A model generated the notes under the pieces. That model made no database searches. It was not told the origin of the DNA and saw nothing but the letters and a program-made list of their open reading frames with translations. A program made the position numbers and the translations under genes. From contig MU057416.1 in the NCBI GenBank assembly GCA_013265495.1, forward strand, positions 862,545 through 926,544: a stretch of DNA of 64,000 nt. The letters are read 5' to 3'. Every line of letters starts with the position of its first letter. Positions within the stretch are counted from its first letter, which is position 1. Shown here in pieces: positions 51,440 through 61,937 of this stretch. Origin of the DNA: Vicugna vicugna (taxonomy: Eukaryota).

Positions 51440-51650
51440 CATGGTGCCAAGTGCCTTACACAATTATGTCACCTAGACCTCAACAGCCCTACCAGGGGGC
51501 GCCACACTGTCGTCTCCACATCACGGATGAGAAGGCTGAGGCGCGGCGAGAGGGCTCCGTCTGCTCACGGGCACACGAACAGCAAGTACTGGAACCCAGA
51601 CTTTCAACCCAGGAGGTAAGTGTCTCGGTCTAAGTGCAACCACAGCACCA
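51440..51650 (-). mobile_element. MIR
   Basis: gtgccttacac..cctcaacagccctacc..cacggatgagaaggctgaggc. Confidence 0.75.
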
Positions 51651-52032
51651 GACTGCCTCCTTTTTATTAAATGAATGCTGACCGAACCAGCCGGCTTCCC
51701 TCCCACCAACTCCGAGCCGGGTCTCTCTGCTCGGTGCTGAGAGTGCAAAGGTGAACTCGGCATCGTCCCTGACGCGTGTTGCAGGGTGATGTGCCCACGC
51801 GGATCTACCCCAATGGCACAATGACATCACAGTGGCTAACAGGGGTCGCCTGCCACGTGCCAGCCACTGAGGGAAACACTTCACCTCCCTTACATGATAC
51901 AAGCCTCACAACTCATCATCCATCCCCACTTTACAGCACGAAAAACAACGCCCAGGCGAGCACTGCTGCCTGTCCCGGACGGCCAGCTGTCAGGGGTGGA
52001 TGTGAGACTCAGAGTAGGAAGAACAGTGAGAC

Positions 52033-52125
52033 GGGTGAGGGTACAGCTCAGTGGTGGAGCGCCTGCTTAGCATGCACGAGGTCCTGAGTTCCATCCCCAG
52101 TCCCTCCATTTAGAAAAGAAAAAAA
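52033..52125 (+). mobile_element. Camelid tRNA-derived SINE (short form)
   Basis: gagggtacagctcagtggtggagcgcctgcttagcatgcacgaggtcctgagttccatccccag + A-tail. Confidence 0.92.
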
Positions 52126-52597
52126 GAGGCACAAGACATGTAGACAACAAAGTAGGTTTCATAGGAGAACAGCTTTCCCTTCAACTGAGGAAAAATCAGA
52201 GAGAACCTCAGGGCAGAGAGGGTGTTTAATCCAGACCTCGAATTCTAGGAGGAAGTAAAAGGATGAGGTGAGACACAGATGGAAAAGGAAAATACAGGGC
52301 AAATATTGGGAACAGCAAACACTGCAGAGGGAACATGCTGAGGGCAGCTGGGTAGACTTCCACACTCATGGCATCCTCAAGCTGTTGCTGTCAGATAACA
52401 CAGCGGTGAACAGACTGCAGAGTTTAACTTGTGTGAAAACACAGGCAAACATACTTTTAGAAACCAGTTATTCTCATGCTCAGGGTGGACGCTGGGATGC
52501 GTCACAGTGGAGTGGCAGCCCAGGGCCTCCCAGCTGTTGTCTCATCACTGGTGCCATCTCAGGGCAGATTTCCTCACCTCAGTTTTTATTAGGCACT

Positions 52598-53090
52598 GGA
52601 TCAGCTAGGGTCCCAACAGGAAACAAAAGGCACAGTCAAAATGGGACGATCTGTGGAGGGTTTGCTTCCACGGAGACAACTACAAAGTTGTGAGTGGAGC
52701 GCTGAGTCAGCACCACGGACAGTGCAGGCAACAGGCCCAGCCTCACAGGGTCTCCGCTCCCCAAGGCTTGCAGTCACGGGAGGGAGAAGTAAGGACCCAA
52801 AATGGGAGCGTGCCAGGACGGAAGGTGACCTTGAAGGCAGCAGTGACCTTCAGGGGAGGGAGACAGCCAGTCTGAGGAAACCTTGAAAGGAACCAAGGAA
52901 ATAAATGCTTTATTTCTCTCCTACCCTTTAGATCCGGGGGTGGGTGGACAGGGCCCCCACCAGCCTAAGCCAGCCAGAAGCTGGAGGGTGTGGGCACCAC
53001 GGTCATTGCCCATATAACTCCGCAGCGGGGAGGAGGTGGGGGGGGCGGTCCCTGGAGGGGCAAAAGGAGCACATGGACATAAAAATGTGT
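52598..53090. mobile_element. Ancient MaLR/ERVL-type LTR
   Basis: agggtcccaacaggaaacaaaaggcacagtcaaaatggg resembles an old MLT-type terminus. Confidence 0.5.
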
Positions 53091-53418
53091 TCTGCATATA
53101 ATAATGACTGTCGATTTTTCAGGAATATGTGGTTTGAATAATCATTAATACACGAGGCGGTGCCCCTGATTTATACAGACTCTTTTCGGTTATTACACAG
53201 GATCACTTGAACTCCACGAGTACCTTAACAAATGACATCTCATACTTCCGTAGTAAACATACACTCCAGATGCTAAGATATTCAAGTAATTGTGTTGTAA
53301 TGCTTGATTCAGACAAAAGAAACTCCAAGAAAAATCATTTGATATTTCATATTTACTATAACGGTTGAAGGGTTTTTGAAATAGGTATGGGGTTTGCAGT
53401 GAAAACATCTATTTAGGT

Positions 53419-53575
53419 CAGGGGGTGGTTACCTTGGTTGCACATTGAAATCCCAGGGGAGCTCTGAAAAGTTCTGATGTCTGGGACCCACCTCTAGAGA
53501 TTCAGGTCCACTGGGCTGGGTTCCAGCCTGGGCAACAGAAGTTCTAGATATTTCCCCAAAGAGCCTAATTTACAA
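53419..53575. mobile_element. MER5-family hAT element
   Basis: ggttgcacattgaaatcccaggggagc..ctgatgtctgggacccacc..agagattc. Confidence 0.75.
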
Positions 53576-53964
53576 AGAATTTACCATTAATTTAGCCCAC
53601 AAAGATGATTCACGTAACATAACTGTATTATTCATCAGACTTTCACAATGTAATTGTATTATTCCCGTTAGCTCATACGATACTTAGTGCTCTTCAGAAT
53701 CAATCATAAGACAATGAACTGCATATCAACTAAATCATTACATTAATTGAAATTAGCGCATGACTCCTGCCACCATCCCTTTAGTTTCACTCCACGTCAA
53801 CCTCTCCTGAACCAAACAATTATATTTTACATGAAGAGCCTACATTTTATTCTAAAGTTGCCAAGGAAACAAGTTATTAAAGCATTAACTGGTTTAAAAC
53901 TACGATGATGATACTTTGGGTGTAAGGGGAAGTTACAAAAGTGACAACACTACGGGGGAAGCTG

Positions 53965-54860
53965 GACATAAAGGGAAAAGCATGGACTTCGATGTCTGAA
54001 CACCCTAGGTGCTAATTCTGGCACCAGCTCTTTCTACTTTGCTCTTCCAAGTGTGATCTATGGCCCAGTCAGCAACTTCAGCGTCACCTGGGAGCTTATA
54101 CAATTCTCAGATCCCACCTGAGACCCACTGCATCAGAATCTACACTTTAATAAGACCTCCAGATGATCTGAATGCACATGACAGTCTGAGATGCATGGAT
54201 GGTACTGAATATAGAATATATTCATGAGGGTTAGGTTCAACTACAGGTGGAAATGGGCAAACAATAGTGGCTTTAACTATGAAAGTTTGTATTTCTCTTT
54301 CATTCAAAAGAACCCTCCCAGAGCTGATATTGGTCTCTACTGTAAAATCTCTACTGTCAGGGCTTTTCAAGTCTTAGTAATGGTGTTTTCCTCACAATCT
54401 AAGAAGGCTGTTGGAGCACCAGCCATCATATCTATGTTCCTGCCAGCCAAAAGAAGAAAGTGTGGGTGGGGGGAGGAGTCAGAGATACACTCTCACTTTT
54501 AAGAACACTTCTCTGAAGTTACACATATTTGCTAATATCTGAACTTAGCCAGAACTTAATCCCAAGATAATGCCTAATTGCAAGGAATGCTTTAAAAGTA
54601 GTCTTTATTCCAGGTATTCTTACAGCCAGTTAGTAATCAGGAGAGTTTGTTGCTGATGAAGTTGAAAAGAGTGAATACTGGGAAACAACCAGCATTTCAT
54701 GGAACGTGGAGCCTTGGGCACAATACTTAACCTCCCTGAACCTCAAATTCCTCCACGCAAAGTGTGAATAACAATACGCACGCGTCAGTTACTATGCAGA
54801 TGAAGTGAAATGAGTGTAAAATGTCCCACACATGGTAGGCACTCAATGAGTCATGGTTCT
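53965..54860 (+). mobile_element. MIR split by MER5A-like (54040-54198) and MLT1-like (54222-54695) insertions
   Basis: MIR head ends ~54037; the core resumes ccttgggcacaatacttaacctccctgaacctca at ~54712. Confidence 0.7.
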
Positions 54861-55109
54861 TATTGTCTTGGAATGTTTCAAGAGCTCAGTCTTCCTATAA
54901 TACATAATGCTGGTCAAAAATATCACAAGCAAATGGTAAATGTTACTTCAAATATTAAAATTTGCCTTATAGTTTTGTCTTTTAGAAAAGTCAGCTACAT
55001 GCAGATCCCACGGGAGGTTTTCTCGACGGCAGTGGCATCTTCCCTGCAGCACAGGACGGCAGTCCTACCCGACGTACTTTCTCCCCCCACGTGAGGGCCA
55101 CGGATGAGG

Positions 55110-55345
55110 AACAGCAACACAGCACAGGAGGCAGGGGCTGGACCCTGAAGCCAGACAGCCCAAGGTCGAATTCGGCTCTATTACTTTTTAGCTGCCCTAT
55201 TTTTGTCATCACTTTTCTGATTCTGTAAAGTTGAAATAATAATTCTTACCTCACAGGGTTATTGTGAGGATTACCTGAGTTAAAATGAGTAAAAGCACTT
55301 AAAAAAATGCCTTGCCCATTGTGAGAGTTAAGTGTTAGCTATTAG
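55110..55345 (+). mobile_element. MIR
   Basis: ctgtaaagttgaaataataattcttacctcacagggttattgtgaggatta. Confidence 0.85.
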
Positions 55346-56844
55346 AATCAACCATGCAACTTAGGGTGAGTTGTGTGCTTAAAAAAAAAAGTCTTTTTTT
55401 CTCCAGCAGGACTTTCTTCTAATCATTACCAACTAGGATTTAGTTAACATGCAAAGGTCATTCACACAGCTAATTCTTGGCTTTAGAAAGCATAGGGGAA
55501 AAATCAATAAATACACAATTAAAAAGAAAAGGAATTAAAGTTTTCATATGTACATGAATCTCCCTCTTAGGAGCCTTCTTGATAAATACTCACTGATACT
55601 GCAATCAATAAAGGGAAGGATTTGAAGATCCCACCTCCTCAAGAAATAGGAAGCAAATGGAGAAAAGTTTGTTCAAGTCTCCTAGGATATAAAAGAATAA
55701 AGTTAATTTCTGATAAAATATTTAGTCGAATGAGAATGACTCAAAAATTGCCTTGGTTGGAACATGCTGAAGGTTTTCCCTTGGAGAGGGGACCAGTTCC
55801 TGCAATCCTATTTGCATTCACGCGGTTTATATTGTTCTTACCTAATGAGACTTAGAGAGCCTCGCAAACATTGACACATTTAAAGCATGCTTCACTCAGC
55901 GTGAAGGTTTGAGACATCAAGGATACCTTGAGCATCCTCAAATTCCAACCACTTGTCAGACAAATTAGCACCTTCTCAACCAAGGGTAAAATTGAGTTTC
56001 ACAGTTCTCCCTGGTGGGGGGAAAGAAGGAAGGGGGAAATCGCTCTGGTTTAACACCTCCTTTGTTAAGACAAATACAGAGAGCCTTATCACCTCTGGGC
56101 GGCTTCTCCCTGGCTGCCTGATTTTTAATTCATTGGTTTTAAATGATCCTTGACAGTTCAGATCCTTTTGTCAAGTCCTATGTGCTGACCACAGAAGACA
56201 AACTCTCTGGCTTTTATTAATCAAGGCTTTTCTCTTTGGATGCATTTAGCAAGCTAGTCTTAAAAATTTAAATTGTGCTCACGTGATGGAAAAAAAAATA
56301 GATCATAAACCGTAAGTAAGATCATACCTGAAAATGCTATAGATGGTCACTTTGTAAATTTTATAGACATCTAAAAATTCAATTAAGTCCAGTTTGTGGG
56401 CCAAGTTAAGCACTTTCGGGGTGAAAGGATCACACTAATAGCTTTAAAATTCCTCCGTGAAAGTTTGACAAGAATGCAGAACACTACCTGGTAATCGTAT
56501 ACGAAATTTACCACGTGCATCCCTCCTTTCTTCTTCCTACAGATAACTTTCCCTTTTGTAATATGGAATACAATTACAGTTTTTTTGCATGAGAAAAAAA
56601 AAGCTTTGAAAAGTATTTTGTGTTGTTGTCATGATAGTAAAGACAATTATTTCTAGAGATGCAACTTATAAAACCCCTAAGCACCACAAAAACTTCAGAA
56701 AAATCCTTCCCTCTGAAAAGAAGCTCTTTTGTGATTAATCAAACCCTACACACCTTCCAACAGGCAGATACGTGAAAAGCAAAGCTGATGCCAGCAGGGA
56801 GCACCGGGCAGGGAGGGTGGGGCGGGGGGGGGGTGTCTTCCCCC

Positions 56845-57008
56845 GACACGCTGATTGGCCGGCTCTCTCTGGGGGGAAGAAAGAGCTACGCTGATTGGTC
56901 AGCTCACTATGAGGAAGGAGGAGGAGCTACACTGATTGGCCGGCTCTCTCTGGGGGGAGGAGGCGCTATGCTGATTGGCCAGCTTGCTCAGGGGAAGGAG
57001 GAGGAGCT
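56845..57008. repeat. Four ~40-bp tandem units, each with a CCAAT (NF-Y) box
   Basis: CTGATTGG at 56851, 56891, 56932 and 56971. Confidence 0.9.
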
Positions 57009-57487
57009 TCCCCAACACGCAGGGTCTATCAGGAAGACACCTTCCCAGGGGAACGCAAAGCAGGTGAGCCCTTGGACAAAACGCAGAAGAGGCAAGAAGA
57101 AACAGGGGAAGAACTGTAGAATTAGAAAACCAGGAGAGATCTGGAGATTCACCTCCTCCAACCCCTCGTTTTTCAGAAAACCCAGAGCCACTAGGTGACT
57201 CTCCCACAGCCACATCACCACCCCGACTCCCAGAACTTTTTTTTTTTTCGGTCATTTTTCACAAAGCTTCTGGGACTGGCAAGCAGCAGGGACCACAGGA
57301 GTGGCTGCAGTGAACGCAGTGTATGGGTAGCAGTGGTGGGTGTCCCCTCTGCTGTGGGAACAAAGGCAGCCAGCCACAGAGTGCCAGAACCAGAACCTGC
57401 ACCAGCTCCGTGGAGGGACGGAGGCTCCCGGGCGGGGAGGCGGGAGGCGGGGCACCCACTCCCAGCAGCTCTGGCGTCCAGCAAGTG

Positions 57488-57934
57488 GGATGAGCAGAAA
57501 CCTGGGGGCCTTCTGGGGGCCAGACCCCTCCCCCATACCCTCTGCTGCAGCTTCTGTCTGAAGGACCCAGAGAATAGTTATCTCACGCACGTTTCCTGAG
57601 TTTTTCAGATGCTAAACCCACCACCAAATGGAAGAAATTAACTACTTGATAATCATGAGCATGTGGCCCCCCCCAGAACTTCCGGCGCCTAAGGATTGAT
57701 CACCATCAACCAATCAGAGAATTGTGCACAACTGATTGCAGACCCTGGGACGTCCCTCCCTCAGCTGGCCTTTTAAAATGCTCAGCTGAAGCCTTTCAGG
57801 GAGTTTGGAGATTTTGGGGGCATGAGCCACTTATTCTTGCCTGGCCAGCAATAAACCTTTCTCTGCTCCAAACTGACATTTCTGTATTTTTTGGCCTCAC
57901 TGGGCTTCGACACACGAACTTGCATTCGGTAACA
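57488..57934 (+). mobile_element. ERV1-like solo LTR
   Basis: aaccaatcag, ttttaaaa TATA-like motif, AATAAA ~57850, ends ttcggtaaCA; 5' boundary and TSD uncertain. Confidence 0.8.
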
Positions 57935-58749
57935 CGGATGCTCTGAAGACACATGCCATTTAGAAGACAGCTACACCGCTGCCCAGAAAGCCAAGTCTGT
58001 GTCTGCTAACATTTCTGCCCTCTTCCTGCCCTCCCACTGCCTTCCTTCTTTGAGTTAACGTATGCACCCAGGTGTTACTTGGAAAATAAAATATGCAGAG
58101 AGATTACTTGAGAAATTTGATTCATCACATTCATCACACCGGAAGTGATTAGCTTTGTTAAACCCTTAAAAAGGCATTTTAACCATGGAGTAAAAAACCT
58201 GTAATATTCTTTACCCTTCTTTTTTCCTTCATTTCCGTTATTCCATCAGCCACCTAATGGCAGTGATTTTTCTTGGATTTGTCCTCTTTTCGTTAGTCAT
58301 TTTCTTCCCGTCTAAGATACCCTTTTGTCCTGAATCACTATTGTAGTTTCCATCCCTCCATCCACTCCACCTCAAATGCCAGTACCACCACCAGACTGGT
58401 CTTCAAAGTCATGATTTAAAAATAGGAGGCTGTTCTCACTTGACTTCTGACCCTGTTGACCATGGGAAGTGCTGGCCTGGCAAGGCACTCCTCACATGAG
58501 AATAACGCTTCCCATTTAAAGTGGGTGAGAAGTAAACGTGCCTGGGGAAACGCTGACGTCTGGCTTTCCGTTCTACCGCGAATAAGCACATCAGGGCAGT
58601 TACATGAATTCAGTCAACAGGCTTGAGTGTTTTTACCAAGCTGGTCTTGTAATTATGACATTGTGACACTCAAGGTTCCTACCTGCTTAAAAGGATAAGG
58701 TTAAAATTAAGTATGTAGGCGGTACAGCAATCTCTAAATTCACTATCCA

Positions 58750-59010
58750 GCCACTAAACGTAAAGTGTGACCCTGGACTGGCTCCTGGGCCTGAAAAAGG
58801 ACACAACCAGCAGATTTAACTACGACCCCCAGATGACCGCAGGGCACGGAGTCCGCGGGGACTCCCCAGCGCTCCTCAGCGTTTTCAGGCTCCGGTAGGG
58901 AGGCCCCCGTGGGAGAAGCTGCGGGAAGGGCGTGCGGGAACTCTGTTTCATTTCTGCAACATTCTTGTAAGGCTAAAATTGTTTCAAAATAAAAATTTTA
59001 AATTTTTAAA
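58750..59010 (+). mobile_element. Old L1MC-like 3'UTR end, GC-shifted
   Basis: gggaactctg..tgcaacattcttgtaaggctaaaattgtttcaaaataaaaa; homologous to ~46660-46910. Confidence 0.8.
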
Positions 59011-61211
59011 TGAAGTCACAAAGTCTCAGGCATTTTAAGCCGTGACATTAGGCACTCCATACGTTAGCGCTCCCCAGAGCCATTCACCTGGGCGAGGCTA
59101 ACCACAGCGGAATAAACTCATTACCATCATGGTGTTTCCCTTAATTTACCATTTCCCGGCCACTGTGGCTGAAGCACTCGAGCTGAATTCGTTTCCAGTT
59201 CTGTGACGGCGAAGAGGAAGCTGTCTGAAGTGGGACGTGACTGTGGTACCACAGCAGCCTTGCTGCTCTGACTGGCTGCCAGGGATGTGCTGCTTTCGGG
59301 AAATGGGGGCCCCGCCCCCTCTAATGTGTACACATTCTAAGCAATTACAAATTTAAAACACACACACAGAGGGATGTGAAGTTTCCTGAGGAATGTCAAA
59401 ATGTCATTCTTCAGCAGAACTCAAGTGGGGAGTGTTACAGCAGAAACACACAAGCAGGTGGAGTGCCAGCCCTGCCATTTCTGGGTAGGAAAAGAGCCAG
59501 GGTGTTCGTCGCCCCTCGACCTCAGGCAACACAGTCAGACTCCCTGAACCTCATGCCATTCTGTCAACTCTATCCTATAAGCCAGCAATCAAACCGCTAG
59601 AACGTCTGTACACCATTCACAGCAGAAAAAGTTTTTACGTGTTAATTTTTTCCCTTGGGGAGATAAGTAAGTGGTGGTCTGAAAGGAACAACTGTGCCTC
59701 CCCACCACCCCACACCGACCCCCGACTGGCTTGGAAGGTGCAGGTGTTGGTCTCACTTCATCAGGTCCAAATGTTATAACCCACTGTCTGATCCTAACGC
59801 TGGCCAGGAACTCTTGGGTAATGTCACGTCTTATAAAGAACAAGAGGCTATCTGTTAACAAGATGAAGAAATACGGCCTCTTAAACTGTGGGTCCTCATT
59901 GTGCTGTTTGGACCCAACCGATGCCGCAAATTTCTGTCCTGACAATGGGCTATCTAACGGTCAATCTCAGACAAAGACGAGTCTTCCGAGCGCAACCTCA
60001 GCAAACATAAATTACCTGTTCGACCCTCTGTCGCACTGTGATTTAAATGCGTTGAGTAGAGCTGGGGAAGATTACGTTTTGCAGAAGGAAAGTAAAAAAC
60101 GCAAAGGTGCATTTAGGAAGACGGCAGCATGCCGGGTGTGCTGGTGACGACGTGGTCCACGCTCCTCACGCAGGTGTGCGTGTGCAGGAAGGGCACGAGC
60201 TGAAACCTTTGCACACGGCTTTGCCAGTCTGCGCAGGTGTGAATAACTAGGACGGCCGCAAGCAAATGACAAAAACCAGGGAATCTGCCTTTACTGACTG
60301 TCGTAGCTCTTCTGCCCTGTCCCCCTCCCCCGCCAGGAGATCTGTACATTTTCTTTTCTGTTCCCAGAGAGCCTGCCCCCATCAAAGCCAAATAGGATCT
60401 GACACCTGTACTTACCTTCCTGCCTGTATCCCATTGTACCAAGGTGTGAACTCTCCCAAGCGTGTTAAGACTTTTAATTCTGTGGAATAGGAAGCTTCCT
60501 TTTCTTTTAAAAGGACAGGGGGGAGGGGAGGGGAGGGGGAGGCAGGGACTAAAAATGCTGAGATGCAACGCATTCTTTCCTGACTCCAGAAAGCAGAGGT
60601 TACACACTTCGCTTCTTTAGAGGAGCCAGAGATGTTGAATCATCACGTTTCTGTCCCTAAACCCCTTCCTGGAAGAGCCCCAGCTCCTCCCCGCCCCTCA
60701 AACTCCAGCTCCCCTTTCCTGTCAACTCACCCTCCTCTCAGTCCACCGCTGGCTGGGCTCTTTCTTCTCTCCCAACCGCAGAGTCTTCACGTTGTGATGT
60801 CTCACCCTCGTCTTCACATCTTATCACACCGCTCTCCCTCAGCTCCACACGCCCCGGCACCCAGAAAATCTGCAGATCAGGTGGGAGGGAAGAACGGGGG
60901 CTCATGAGAGCTGCTCTGAAGCAGACGTTCTCAGGACAGGACGTGTAAGATGACAGAAAGAATCCACCCCTTTAATGCTGGATGGAAAAAAAGAACTCAC
61001 ACCTTAAATTATTTTTTTAAAGTGGTTGATGTCAAAGTAACCCCTGTTATAAAAGAGTAATACAAAAGTTTCACCGAAAAAAAATACATTTGGATATCCC
61101 TGAGTGATAGTAATTTGTAGAAGTGAGGATGAAACAAGTTATTTGGAAGAACTTTGTTGATTATAAAAATAAAGTTACACAATGAAACCTTTGAAAAATT
61201 TTCATGATTTT

Positions 61212-61937
61212 GTGGGAATGTAAATTAGTGCAGCCACTATGGAAAACAATACGGAGTTTCCTTAATAAAACTAAAAACAGAGTTACCATATGATCCAGCA
61301 ATCCCACTTCTGGGCATGTATCTGGAGAAAACTCTAATTTGAAAAGACAGATGCACCCCAGTGTTCATAGCAGCACCATTTACAACAGCCAAGATGTGGA
61401 AACAACCTAAATGTCCAATAACAGATGACTGGATAAAGAAGATGTGGTATATTTATACAATGGAATACTACTCAGCCATTAAAAAAGAATTAACAATAAT
61501 GCCATTTGCAGCAACATGGATAGACCTAGAGATTATCATACTAAGTGAAGTAAGTCAGACAGAGAAGGACAAGTATCATATGAGATCACTTAAATGTGGA
61601 ATCTAAAAAAAAAAAATGAACTTATTTACAAACCAGAAATAGACTCAATAACGTAGAAAACATACTATGGTTACCAAAGGGGAAAAGGTGGGGGTAGGGA
61701 TAAATTAGGAATTTGGGGTTTACAGATACACATCACTATATATAAAATAAACAACAAGGACCTACTGTGTAGCACAGGAAGCTGTATTCAATATCTTGCA
61801 ATAATCTATAATGGAAAAGAATCTGAAAAAGAATATATATGTATATGTATGTATACTGAATCACCTTGCTGTCCACCTGATACCAACTCAACATTGTAAA
61901 TTAACTACATTTCAATTTAAAAAATAAAAATAAAAAA
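61212..61937 (+). mobile_element. 5'-truncated L1 3' end
   Basis: Remnant MFIAAPFTTAKMWKQPKCP..YTMEYYSAIKK; TSD ttcatgatttt 61201-61211 / tttatgatttt 61939-61949. Confidence 0.96.

Noticed and set aside
56845..57008. CRISPR-like repeat-spacer array
   Set aside because: Mammalian DNA; the 'spacers' are homologous to one another; no cas genes
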